Positions 18,931-27,863 of a stretch of DNA of 64,000 bases are shown piece by piece; within the stretch, counting starts at the first letter, position 1, and every line of letters starts with the position of its first letter. The DNA is from an uncultured Rubrivirga sp. (GTDB taxonomy: Bacteria > Actinomycetota > Actinomycetes > S36-B12). The notes under the pieces are model-generated. The model was not told the DNA's origin, searched no databases, and saw nothing but the letters and a program-made list of their open reading frames with translations. The stretch covers positions 2,482 through 66,481 of the forward strand of contig CAZVWA010000001.1 of the NCBI GenBank assembly GCA_964631085.1, given 5' to 3'. Both the position numbers and the translations under genes were made by a program.

Positions 18931-19544
18931 CCACCAAGAAGACCGCCAAGAAGACCGCGAGGAAAGCGTCCGCGAAGAAGGCGCCGGCCAAGAAGGCCGT
19001 GAAGAAGGCGCCCGCGAAGAAGGCGCCCGCGAAGAAGGCGCCCGCCGAGAAGGCCGCGAAGAAGGCGCCCGCCAAGAAGGCGCCCGCCAAGAAGGCGCCC
19101 GCCAAGAAGGTGCCCGCGAAGAAGGCCGCGAAGAAGGTCGTGGCGAAGAAGAAGCGTCCGGTAGTGCGTGAGGACGAGTCTCCGTGGACAAATGCCGAAC
19201 TCGCCGACGTCAAGACCGAATTGCACAGTGAGCGAAAGCGCCTCTTAGAGGAAATCGCGTCGGCCGAAGAGGGCCTTGCCGACTTGATTCGAGATTCCGG
19301 CGACGGAGCTGGTGACGATCAGGCCGATGCAGGCAGCAAGACCTTCGAACGCGAACACGAGATGTCGCTAGCGAATAACGCCCGCGACATGCTCGAACAG
19401 GTCGACCACGCCCTTGCTCGAATTGACGATGGTTCCTACGGAGTGTGCGAGAACTGCGGCAAACCCATCGGCAAGTACCGCTTGCAGGCTTTTCCGCGGG
19501 CGACTTTGTGCCGCGCATGCAAGGAAGCAGAAGAGCGCTTCTAG
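18918..19544 (+). CDS. Fusion of an N-terminal Lys/Ala-rich histone-H1-like domain and a C-terminal DksA/TraR C4 zinc finger (DdbA-like)
   Basis: Residues ~5-80 are AKKAPAKK-type repeats. The C-terminus has a DksA-like coiled coil and [25 protein letters not shown] (CxxC-x17-CxxC). Located between ileS and lspA. Confidence 0.8.
   Translation: MAMAATKKTAKKTARKASAKKAPAKKAVKKAPAKKAPAKKAPAEKAAKKAPAKKAPAKKAPAKKVPAKKAAKKVVAKKKRPVVREDESPWTNAELADVKTELHSERKRLLEEIASAEEGLADLIRDSGDGAGDDQADAGSKTFEREHEMSLANNARDMLEQVDHALARIDDGSYGVCENCGKPIGKYRLQAFPRATLCRACKEAEERF
18975..19136 (+). repeat. In-frame 15-bp tandem repeat array (unit GCGCCCGCSAAGAAG = APAKK)
   Basis: About ten consecutive 15-bp (some 12-bp) units. 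Three are identical (gcgcccgccaagaag at 19065-19109). All lie within the coding sequence. Confidence 0.9.
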
Positions 19545-19564
19545 TCCGCAGCCCCGGCGGATTT
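19545..19564 (+). terminator. Weak stem-loop with a short T run after the H1/DksA gene
   Basis: TCCGC-agccccg-GCGGA followed by TTT. Only a 5-bp stem. Confidence 0.25.
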
Positions 19565-19569
19565 AGGCT
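19564..19569 (+). promoter_or_regulatory. -10-like hexamer TAGGCT, 6 nt upstream of the lspA ATG (leaderless candidate)
   Basis: TAGGCT-gacgca-ATG. No Shine-Dalgarno sequence in the 31-nt gap. Confidence 0.4.
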
Positions 19570-19575
19570 GACGCA

Positions 19576-20142
19576 ATGTCCCGGGGCTTTCACGGTCGAG
19601 TGCTCGCGGTCCTCGCAGGGACCGCCGCTGGTGTCGTCGCCCTCGATCAGCTGTCCAAGGCCTGGGCGGTCAACGCTCTTCAACCCAGAATCGAATCCGG
19701 TGAGGGCCCGATCTACGTCGTTGAGCCCTTGCTGCGGTTGACGTATGTAGAGAACACCGGTGCAGCCTGGGGCATGGGTTCGGGATACACCTGGATCTTC
19801 ACGATCGTGGCGGTCGTCGTCGGTGTCGTCATCGTGCGATTCGCTCGGACCATCACATCTACCGCGTGGGCACTGGCCCTCGGTGGATTACTCGGAGGCC
19901 TACTGGGGAATCTGATCGACAGGCTCATTCGCCCTCCCGGGCCGGGACTGGGATACGTCGTGGATTTCATCGGCCTGCCGAATTTCCCGGTCTTCAATGT
20001 CGCGGACATGGCCATCACCATTTCCGCGATCGCGATGGTGTTCCTGGCCTGGCGGGGAATTCCGCTGGCCGGTCCGGCTAGCGCATCGGGAGCCGAGGGC
20101 GACGAGCGAGACGGAGCAACCGTTCACGGAACCGAACAGTGA
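19576..20142 (+). CDS. lspA: Lipoprotein signal peptidase II
   Basis: Four-TM protein with VENTGAAWG and FPVFNVADM motifs. Confidence 0.9.
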   Translation: MSRGFHGRVLAVLAGTAAGVVALDQLSKAWAVNALQPRIESGEGPIYVVEPLLRLTYVENTGAAWGMGSGYTWIFTIVAVVVGVVIVRFARTITSTAWALALGGLLGGLLGNLIDRLIRPPGPGLGYVVDFIGLPNFPVFNVADMAITISAIAMVFLAWRGIPLAGPASASGAEGDERDGATVHGTEQ

Positions 20143-21083
20143 CAAGAGTCCTGCCCGTTCCGGAGGGGCTGGTCGGGGAGCGGATCGACGTCGCCCTGGC
20201 GCGAATGCTTGGTCTCTCCCGCGCTCGGGCGAGTGCGTTGGTGGATGCCGGTGCGGTCCGTGTCGATGCTCGACCGGTCGCGAAGTCCCATCGGCTGTCG
20301 CTAGAGGAATCCGTCGAGGTTGATGAACTGACCGAGGACGGCCGTGCAGCCGGTGGCGGCGACCCTGGAAACCCCGAAGTGATCGTGGATATCCCGATCC
20401 TGTGGGAGGACGATCACATCATCGTCATTGACAAGCCGGTCGGAGTGGCCGTGCATCCCAGCCCCGGATGGACCGGGCCAACTGTTATCGGTTCCCTCGC
20501 GGCCAGCGGCCACGCACTAGCAACGACGGGGGCCGCAGAGCGTGAGGGAGTGGTCCACAGGCTGGATGTCGGAACCACAGGGGCGATGGTCCTGGCGAAG
20601 GATGCAGCGGCCTACTCCTCACTCAAGCGGCAGTTCAAGGAACGCACCGTCGAAAAGGAGTATCACGCCGTCGTGCACGGCTTGCTAGATCCGCTGGCCG
20701 GGACGATCGATGCACCGATCGACCGACATCCGTCCAAGGACTACAAGTGGGCGGTCGTCGCTGGGGGGCGCCCTAGCGTGACCCACTACGAAACCCTTGA
20801 AGCGTGGCCGCGGGCTTCATTGGTGGAAGTCCATCTAGAGACCGGACGAACGCACCAAATCCGAGTGCACATGGCGGCGATGCGCCACCCGTGCCTTGGT
20901 GATGTCACCTATGGAGCTGACCCGACCGTGGCCAAGGATCTGGGACTAACGAGACAGTGGTTACACGCGAGACGGCTGGGATTTGAGCATCCGGCAACCG
21001 GTGCGCGAGTGGAGTTCGAAAGCCCCTATCCCGACGATCTGAATCGAGCCCTGGAGCGTCTGCGAGCCGGCCTGTCGGGCTGA
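20139..21083 (+). CDS. rluD: RluA/RluD family 23S rRNA pseudouridine synthase
   Basis: S4-like N-terminus, catalytic HRLDVGTTGAMVLAK motif and GRTHQIRVH. GTGA overlap with lspA. Confidence 0.85.
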   Translation: MTRVLPVPEGLVGERIDVALARMLGLSRARASALVDAGAVRVDARPVAKSHRLSLEESVEVDELTEDGRAAGGGDPGNPEVIVDIPILWEDDHIIVIDKPVGVAVHPSPGWTGPTVIGSLAASGHALATTGAAEREGVVHRLDVGTTGAMVLAKDAAAYSSLKRQFKERTVEKEYHAVVHGLLDPLAGTIDAPIDRHPSKDYKWAVVAGGRPSVTHYETLEAWPRASLVEVHLETGRTHQIRVHMAAMRHPCLGDVTYGADPTVAKDLGLTRQWLHARRLGFEHPATGARVEFESPYPDDLNRALERLRAGLSG

Positions 21084-21177
21084 ACGACACCACAATCGGG
21101 GCATAGGGTTTGACGATGCCGATCCGAGACGTCCGAGCCTGTCGAACGCATGCGTCGGTGACCCCCGGGGGCACTCG

Positions 21178-24100
21178 ATGACCCAGGACGACTTCGTCCA
21201 TCTGCACGTTCACACCGAGTACTCGATGCTCGACGGTGCTGCCCGGCTCGGCGATCTCATGGATGAAGCGAACCGCTTAGGCATGTCCGCCATCGCGATG
21301 ACCGATCACGGAAACCTGTTCGGCGCCTACGACTTCTACACGACGGCGCGCGCTGCTGGAATCAAGCCGATCATCGGACTCGAGGGCTATTTCGCGCCAC
21401 AAGGACGGGGCGAGCGACGCCCGTTCGATTTCGGCGGCGGTTTCGACGAAGGCACTCCTGAGGATCCAGGTGCCGGCCGGGGCAAACACAGTTACACGCA
21501 CATGACCTTGTGGGCCGAATCAACATCGGGAATGCACAACTTGTTCAGACTGTCCTCGCTCGCGAGCTTGGAAGGGCAGTACCACAAACCACGCTTCGAT
21601 CGGGAGCTGCTCGATCGATACGGATCCGGGCTCATCGGGACCACCGGGTGTCCAAGCGGCGAAGTAAACCGATGGCTCCAAGCCGGGGAGTATGACAAAG
21701 CCCGCGCGGCTGCCGCGGATTTTCGTGACATCCTCGGGCCGGGTAATTACTTCTGCGAAGTCATGGATCACGGTCTCGCTATCGAACGCAGGTTTCGCGA
21801 GGACCTCATCAAGATCGCACGTGATCTGGATTTGCCCTTAGTCGCCACCAATGACCTGCACTACGTTCACGCATCGGATGCCGACACGCACGAAGTTCTC
21901 CTGTGTGTCGGAACACGCACGACTATGGATGACCCCAAGCGTTTCCGGTTCGACGCCCGAGACTTCTACCTCAAGTCCGGTGCAGAGATGCGAACGGTTT
22001 GGTCGGAGTTGCCGGACGCATGCGACAACACACTGTTGATCGCCGAGCGCTGTGAGGTCTCCTTTGATGAAGGCGCGAACCTCATGCCGCAGTTCCCGGT
22101 ACCTGACGGGTTTACCGAAGAGACGTGGCTACGCGCCGAGGTAGATCGGGGACTCGCCCACCGGTACCACGGTGAGGTTCCATCTGACGTTCGACAGCAA
22201 GCGGATTACGAGCTCGGCGTGGTCTCCCAGATGGGCTTTCCCGGCTATTTCCTCGTTGTGGCCGACCTCGTGCGCTACGCCCGTGACAACGGCATCCGTG
22301 TCGGCCCGGGTCGTGGCTCGGCTGCCGGGGCCATGATCGCCTACGCGCTGGGAATCACCGAACTCGATCCGATCAAGCATGGCCTGCTTTTTGAGAGATT
22401 CCTCAACCCGGAACGGATCTCGATGCCGGACATCGACATCGATTTCGACGAACGTCGACGAGCCGACATGATCCGGTACGCCACCGAGAAGTACGGCGAG
22501 GAACGAGTGGCCCAGATCGTCACCTACGGATCTATCAAGGCCAAGGCGGCGATCAAGGACAGCGCCCGCGTGCTCGGCTATCCGTATGCGGTGGGTGATC
22601 GCATTACCAAGGCGATGCCCCCGGCGGTAATGGGGAAGGACATCTCCCTTGCTGGCGCCTTCGATGCATCGGATTCTCGCTACGGCGAAGCCAAGGACTT
22701 CCGTGCGCTGTACGAGTCAGACGAACAGGCCCGACAAGTCATCGACACCGCTAAGGGCCTCGAGGGGTTGAAGCGCCAACCGGGAGTCCATGCCGCGGGT
22801 GTGATCTTGTCGCGCGAACCGTTGATGGATGTGATTCCCGTGTGGCGCCGTGAGCAAGACGGCGCGATCATCACCCAATTCGACATGGGAGCGTGCGAAA
22901 CGCTCGGCTTGTTGAAGATGGATTTCCTGGGTCTGCGTAATCTCACGGTGCTGGACGATTGCCTGGACAATGTGGAGAAGAATTCGGGCACGCGGATTGC
23001 CCTCGAGGAATTAACGCTCGACGACGCACATACCTACGAACTTCTCTCCCGAGGAGACACGTTGGGTGTCTTCCAGCTCGACGGTGGACCCATGCGGTCG
23101 CTTCTTCGGTCGATGCAGCCCGACAACTTCGAGGACATCTCCGCAGTCCTGGCGCTCTACCGGCCGGGTCCGATGGGCGCGAACGCACATAATGACTACG
23201 CCGATCGCAAGAACGGCCGCAAACCCGTTGTGCCCATCCACCCGGAATTGGCCGAGCCGCTTGCTGAAATCCTCGGCGACACGTACGGCCTGATCGTGTA
23301 CCAGGAACAGGTCATGGCTATCGCTCAAGAACTGGCCGGGTATTCCCTGGGGAAAGCCGATCTCCTTCGTCGAGCAATGGGCAAGAAGAAGAAGGAAATC
23401 CTGGAGCAGGAATTCGTACCGTTCCGCGACGGCATGCGCGACAGGGGCTACAGCGATTCCGCGATCGACACGTTGTGGGAAATTCTCGTCCCGTTCTCCG
23501 ATTACGCCTTCAATAAGGCCCACACAGCGGGGTACGGACTCGTGTCCTACTGGACCGCGTACTTGAAAGCGAACTATCCGGCGGAGTACATGGCTGCTTT
23601 GTTGACGAGCGTTCAGGACGATAAGGACAAGAGCGCGATCTATCTGGGTGAATGTCGGCGCATGGGTATCAAGGTGCTGCCGCCTGATGTCAACGAGTCC
23701 GATTCGGCGTACACCGCGCGCGGAAGCGATATTCGCTTCGGGCTGTCGGCCATTCGCAACGTCGGCGAGGGTGTTGTTGAATCCATAAGCAGCACTCGTC
23801 GATCCCAGGGACGATTCACCGACTTCCACGACTTTGTGGCGAAAGTCGAGGCGCAGGTGTGCAACCGTCGGGTTGTCGAGTCCCTCATCAAGGCGGGGGC
23901 TTTCGATTCGCTCGGACATACACGTAAAGGGCTCACCGCGGTCCACGAAGTCGTGATCGATTCGGCCGTGGAAATCAAGCGAGCAGAGGCGGCGGGTCAA
24001 TTCGACCTATTCGGAGGCCTCGGTGGGGGAGACGAGACATCGGGCCTGGCAGAGCAAACGCCCGTTCCTGTCGGTGAATGGGACAAGGCTGTTCTGCTAG

Positions 24101-24714
24101 CCCATGAGCGGGAGATGCTTGGTTTGTATGTGTCCGACCATCCACTGAACGGCCTTGATCACGCACTCGCTCAGATTTCGGACAGGTCTATCGCGTCGCT
24201 GATCGCAGACGAATCCCTGGAATCCTCTGTCGTGACGGTGGCCGGGCTGCTGACGAGCGTGCAACGAAAAACGACCAAGAAGGGTTCTGCTTGGGCGATC
24301 GCGACCGTCGAAGATCTGGACGGTTCGGTAGAGGCGATGGTGTTCCCGCAAACCTATGCGTCGGTGTCGACCACGCTGATCGAAGACAGCATCGTCGCAA
24401 TCAGGGCTCGGGTGGAAAGAACCGACGAGGACGGACTCCGCGTGATCGCGATGGAAGTCCAGACTCCCGACCTCTCCGAAGCCTCGAGCGGTCCGCTGCG
24501 ACTTTCGCTGGCAGCTAGTCGATGCGTGCCACCGTTGGTTGAACGGCTCAAAGAGGTGCTCCGACAACACCCGGGCACGACCGAAGTCAATCTTCACCTC
24601 ACCGGCGGCACCCAGACCACGGTCCTTCGCATTGATGATGCCCTCCGCGTTACTCCCTCGGCCGCGTTGTACGGGGACCTGAAGGCCCTCCTCGGAGCAA
24701 ACTGTTTGTCCTGA
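21178..24714 (+). CDS. dnaE: DNA polymerase III alpha subunit
   Basis: 1178 aa. PHP domain FVHLHVHTEYSMLDGA, polymerase core (GLLKMDFLGLRNLT) and a C-terminal OB-fold region. Confidence 0.97.
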   Translation: MTQDDFVHLHVHTEYSMLDGAARLGDLMDEANRLGMSAIAMTDHGNLFGAYDFYTTARAAGIKPIIGLEGYFAPQGRGERRPFDFGGGFDEGTPEDPGAGRGKHSYTHMTLWAESTSGMHNLFRLSSLASLEGQYHKPRFDRELLDRYGSGLIGTTGCPSGEVNRWLQAGEYDKARAAAADFRDILGPGNYFCEVMDHGLAIERRFREDLIKIARDLDLPLVATNDLHYVHASDADTHEVLLCVGTRTTMDDPKRFRFDARDFYLKSGAEMRTVWSELPDACDNTLLIAERCEVSFDEGANLMPQFPVPDGFTEETWLRAEVDRGLAHRYHGEVPSDVRQQADYELGVVSQMGFPGYFLVVADLVRYARDNGIRVGPGRGSAAGAMIAYALGITELDPIKHGLLFERFLNPERISMPDIDIDFDERRRADMIRYATEKYGEERVAQIVTYGSIKAKAAIKDSARVLGYPYAVGDRITKAMPPAVMGKDISLAGAFDASDSRYGEAKDFRALYESDEQARQVIDTAKGLEGLKRQPGVHAAGVILSREPLMDVIPVWRREQDGAIITQFDMGACETLGLLKMDFLGLRNLTVLDDCLDNVEKNSGTRIALEELTLDDAHTYELLSRGDTLGVFQLDGGPMRSLLRSMQPDNFEDISAVLALYRPGPMGANAHNDYADRKNGRKPVVPIHPELAEPLAEILGDTYGLIVYQEQVMAIAQELAGYSLGKADLLRRAMGKKKKEILEQEFVPFRDGMRDRGYSDSAIDTLWEILVPFSDYAFNKAHTAGYGLVSYWTAYLKANYPAEYMAALLTSVQDDKDKSAIYLGECRRMGIKVLPPDVNESDSAYTARGSDIRFGLSAIRNVGEGVVESISSTRRSQGRFTDFHDFVAKVEAQVCNRRVVESLIKAGAFDSLGHTRKGLTAVHEVVIDSAVEIKRAEAAGQFDLFGGLGGGDETSGLAEQTPVPVGEWDKAVLLAHEREMLGLYVSDHPLNGLDHALAQISDRSIASLIADESLESSVVTVAGLLTSVQRKTTKKGSAWAIATVEDLDGSVEAMVFPQTYASVSTTLIEDSIVAIRARVERTDEDGLRVIAMEVQTPDLSEASSGPLRLSLAASRCVPPLVERLKEVLRQHPGTTEVNLHLTGGTQTTVLRIDDALRVTPSAALYGDLKALLGANCLS

Positions 24715-24715
24715 T

Positions 24716-25312
24716 GTGTCGTACGGTTTCGTCGTGGCCGTGACAGGGGATGTTCCCGAAGCTGAGACGACGGCTGCCAATTCGCGATCGGAATGGTCCG
24801 AATGGCGAGTTCTCATCGCCGGACTGGTCGGTGGCGTGCTCAGTGGAGCTGCGCTCGGTGTCCTGTGGTGGCAGTTGGCGCCGCGGGCCTCGGTCGCAAT
24901 CAGGCCGGACGGCGCCAGACCCCAGGGTTTTCAACCGGAGGAATATCTCGCCGCGGATGTCTCTTTTGCGGCCCTGGCTTTGGTAGCGGGGTTGATATTG
25001 ACCGTTGCCCTCGCAGCGATGCGACGACATCATCTGCTTGGTGTTCTGGCGGCGGGTCTTCTCGCGAGCGCTGTAGGCACCTTGGCCATGTGGCAGGTGG
25101 GCACGGGCTTGGGATCGGTAGACATCGAAGGGCTTATCGCAACCACCAGTGAAGAATTCGTGGTCGATGCTCCGCTGGAGGTGACCATGCCGGGTGTCTT
25201 CTTGGTGTGGGCCATCGGTGCAGCGACCGTCGTCGTCGTGCTGGCACTTGGCGATTGGCTTGCCGCGCGCGGACTTCGGCGCGGATCGGTCAAGCCTGAG
25301 GGCGCCGTTTAG
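24716..25312 (+). CDS. Hypothetical integral membrane protein (about 4 TM helices)
   Basis: Codon third positions are GC-biased. Hydrophobic segments include VLIAGLVGGVLSGAALGVLWW, FAALALVAGLILTVALAAM and GVFLVWAIGAATVVVVLAL. No motif I can name, and the start codon is uncertain. Confidence 0.55.
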   Translation: MSYGFVVAVTGDVPEAETTAANSRSEWSEWRVLIAGLVGGVLSGAALGVLWWQLAPRASVAIRPDGARPQGFQPEEYLAADVSFAALALVAGLILTVALAAMRRHHLLGVLAAGLLASAVGTLAMWQVGTGLGSVDIEGLIATTSEEFVVDAPLEVTMPGVFLVWAIGAATVVVVLALGDWLAARGLRRGSVKPEGAV

Positions 25313-25827
25313 CCTGGTTCGGCGGAGCACAACGCAGTCACCGTTGCCCCCGTTGCATCGATCAAATCGCCCGACGACAAGCAGATCTCGACGCCTCGCT
25401 TTCCCGCGCTGACGTACACCCACGAACATGACCGGATGCTTTCGTCGATGAAAACCTGCAACGGACGTCTCATGCCCAACGGGCTGATGGCTCCCGTGAC
25501 CGAGCCGCTGATGCGTTCAGCCGTGGCAACGTCCGCGAGTAGTGCCTTCTTGCAGGCAGCCGCTCCGGCGAGGAGTTTCGGTGCGATCGTCATTGTTGCT
25601 GGAGCCAGGGCAAGAACAAGATCGGTGTCGACTTGCCACACAAGCGTCTTGAAAACACACCGTCCATCTACACCGAGTGCCGTGGCAGCTTCGAGTGCGT
25701 AGTCGGCGCGCTGACCTGGGGCTAGATCGTCATGATGGAAGGAATGGACCGTGTGGGGAACTCCCTTTTCCACCAGCATCGCCAGGGCGGGGGTGCCGGT
25801 CTGATGCCGTTCCGGTCGACGACCCAC
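25309..25827 (-). CDS. ybaK: YbaK/EbsC family Cys-tRNA(Pro) deacylase
   Basis: GTPALAMLVEKGVPHTVHSF, VFKTLV and GAISPLG motifs. Abuts the upstream Lon-N gene with no gap. Confidence 0.85.
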   Translation of the reverse strand: MGRRPERHQTGTPALAMLVEKGVPHTVHSFHHDDLAPGQRADYALEAATALGVDGRCVFKTLVWQVDTDLVLALAPATMTIAPKLLAGAAACKKALLADVATAERISGSVTGAISPLGMRRPLQVFIDESIRSCSWVYVSAGKRGVEICLSSGDLIDATGATVTALCSAEPG

Positions 25828-26526
25828 CTAGTTCTCCGACGGAGTCGAGTTGAGCAGATCGAGGGCGGGTACGGCTCCGAGAGTCGAGATCAACGCAGAT
25901 TCCGATCGGAGAATCCGAATTCCGATGCGCAGCCGGTTAATGGCATCGGGAGAGGCCAGCAGTTCCTGCCGGGTAGCGCTATCGATGACCAGGGCGGCGG
26001 TAATCAGGTAGCTCAAGACCGCAGGGTCAGTGGGAACTTGTTCGTCGTCGGTTCGGTCTTCATCAAGCCGTCCACCGAGAATCGCGCGGTAATTTTCGAA
26101 GGCTTCCACGGCAGCGGTGACCAAAGTTTGTACCCGTGGGTCGGTGGCGTCTACGTCCGGCTCGGGAAGGTATGTCACGCTCGCACGTAGCAGCGGTGCA
26201 GATCTGTCGATGTCGTCTACCTGAAACCGACGAGCGCCGATAGTCACGATGTCGTAGCGGCCATCTTCACGGCGCTCGGCTTGTCGGACGACCGCAGTAA
26301 CGCCTACGGGGTAGAAATCGTCGTGGCTTTCGGGCCCGGCATCCGTTCCGGCCGAATGTGTCCGACGCTCACGAACCCCGATAATCCCAAACTCGCGTTC
26401 GTCTTCAGGCTTGTCGAGCAGTTCTTCCACCATTAGCCGATATCGCGGCTCAAATATGTGAAGGGGGAGTACCAGGCCGGGAACCAGCGCCGTAGTGAGT
26501 GGGAAGAGCGGCAGCGACGGTTCCAT
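25828..26526 (-). CDS. LON substrate-binding (N-terminal) domain-only protein
   Basis: LPLFPLTTALVPGLVLPLHIFEPRYRLMV is the Lon N-domain signature. No AAA+ or protease domain in its 232 aa. Confidence 0.8.
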   Translation of the reverse strand: MEPSLPLFPLTTALVPGLVLPLHIFEPRYRLMVEELLDKPEDEREFGIIGVRERRTHSAGTDAGPESHDDFYPVGVTAVVRQAERREDGRYDIVTIGARRFQVDDIDRSAPLLRASVTYLPEPDVDATDPRVQTLVTAAVEAFENYRAILGGRLDEDRTDDEQVPTDPAVLSYLITAALVIDSATRQELLASPDAINRLRIGIRILRSESALISTLGAVPALDLLNSTPSEN

Positions 26527-26532
26527 CCTTCG

Positions 26533-26538
26533 AGCGTA
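26533..26538 (-). promoter_or_regulatory. -10-like hexamer TACGCT, 6 nt upstream of the Lon-N gene ATG (leaderless candidate)
   Basis: The minus strand reads TACGCT-cgaagg-ATG. It overlaps the hisD -10 candidate on the other strand by 2 bp. Confidence 0.4.
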
Positions 26539-26542
26539 GACT
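26537..26542 (+). promoter_or_regulatory. -10-like hexamer TAGACT, 7 nt upstream of the hisD GTG (leaderless candidate)
   Basis: TAGACT-ccgttga-GTG. The whole divergent intergenic region is only 23 bp, which leaves no room for a 5' UTR with a Shine-Dalgarno sequence. Confidence 0.45.
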
Positions 26543-26549
26543 CCGTTGA

Positions 26550-27863
26550 GTGTTACGTCTCATCGATCTGCGCGAATCGACGGCTGATCCTCGCTCGGTC
26601 GTGCCCCGAGCCGCGATGGATCTCGCAGACGCGGGGGACACCATTCGGCCGGTGCTCGACGCCGTGCGAGATCGTGGCGCCGACGCCGTGCTGGAGGCGT
26701 GCGAGCGTTTCGACGGCGTGCGTCCGACCCACCTGAGGGTCCCCGCGGAGGTCATCGAGGCCGCGGTCGCCGAGCTTGACCCCTCTGTTCGCGCAGCGCT
26801 CGAGGTCTCCATCGAACGGGCCCGCATAGTTCACCGCGATCAGCGTCGGGTGGATGTCATCACCGAGGTGGTTCCCGGCGGGTCGGTCACCGAGCGTTGG
26901 CTACCGGTAGCTCGAGTGGGTCTGTACGTCCCCGGTGGGCGCGCTGTGTACCCGAGCAGTGTCGTGATGAATGTTGTCCCGGCTCAAGAGGCGGGTGTGC
27001 CATCGCTCGCTGTGGTCAGTCCTCCTCAGAAGGATTTCGATGGCTGGCCGCACCCAACGGTCCTGGCTGCGTGTTCGCTTCTTGGAGTCGATGAGGTGTA
27101 CGCCGTCGGCGGTGCCCAGGCCGTCGCGATGCTGGCGTACGGCGTGGACCTCGCGGACGGTAGTCGGTGCGAGCCCGTCGATTTGGTGACAGGACCGGGC
27201 AATATCTACGTGACTGCGGCAAAACGTGCATTGCAGGGGATCATCGGAATCGATTCCGAAGCAGGTCCGACGGAAGTCGCGATCCTCGCAGACGAGTCCG
27301 CCGACGCTCGTTTCGTCGCCGCCGATCTCATCAGTCAGGCCGAGCACGACGTCATCGCTGCGGCCGTGCTGGTCACGACCAATGCACAACTCGCCACGGA
27401 CGTCGAGGCCGAAGTGCGGTTCCAGGTGTCGCAAACCAAGCATGTGGAACGCATTACCGAAGCACTGATGGGTGTACAGAGCGCGATCATCCTTGTTCGA
27501 GATATTGAGCAGGGTCTGGAAGTCGTGGACGCCTACGCAGCGGAGCACTTGGAGATCCACACGCATGAAGCTCGGGACGTCGCGATGCGCGTGCGTAATG
27601 CGGGGGCGATATTCGTCGGTCCGTGGGCGCCGGTGTCGCTGGGTGACTACTGCGCCGGTTCCAACCATGTTCTTCCGACGATGGGGGCGGCCCGGCATTC
27701 CTCGGGGCTTTCCGTCCAATCCTTCCTTCGGGGGATCCACGTCATCGATTACGACCACACGGCCTTGTCCGACGTAGCCCCCCACGTGGTTTCGCTGGCC
27801 CAGGCCGAGGATCTACCCGGACATGGGGACGCCATCAACGTGCGCTTTAACGACGGTGAGTGA
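26550..27863 (+). CDS. hisD: Histidinol dehydrogenase
   Basis: 437 aa. SQAEHD motif (LISQAEHDV). The N-terminus (V)LRLIDLR is typical of actinobacterial HisD. Confidence 0.94.
   Translation: MLRLIDLRESTADPRSVVPRAAMDLADAGDTIRPVLDAVRDRGADAVLEACERFDGVRPTHLRVPAEVIEAAVAELDPSVRAALEVSIERARIVHRDQRRVDVITEVVPGGSVTERWLPVARVGLYVPGGRAVYPSSVVMNVVPAQEAGVPSLAVVSPPQKDFDGWPHPTVLAACSLLGVDEVYAVGGAQAVAMLAYGVDLADGSRCEPVDLVTGPGNIYVTAAKRALQGIIGIDSEAGPTEVAILADESADARFVAADLISQAEHDVIAAAVLVTTNAQLATDVEAEVRFQVSQTKHVERITEALMGVQSAIILVRDIEQGLEVVDAYAAEHLEIHTHEARDVAMRVRNAGAIFVGPWAPVSLGDYCAGSNHVLPTMGAARHSSGLSVQSFLRGIHVIDYDHTALSDVAPHVVSLAQAEDLPGHGDAINVRFNDGE

Noticed and set aside
18975-19136. Possibility that the tandem repeat is a CRISPR-like or other non-coding array
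   Set aside because: The units are 15 bp and directly abutting with no spacers. They are in frame and encode a Lys/Ala-rich tail. There are no cas genes or leader.
18526-19226. Three minus-strand ORFs (221, 125 and 104 aa) with SSRAPS / LLRGRL / FFAGAF repeats
   Set aside because: They are mirror-image translations of the 15-bp APAKK coding repeat. The plus-strand frame continues into a bona fide DksA/TraR zinc finger, so it is the real one.
25309-25312. Overlapping convergent stop codons (TTAG) of the membrane protein gene and ybaK
   Set aside because: The overlap is real but trivial. A 4-bp overlap of two stops is common in compact genomes and carries no evident function.
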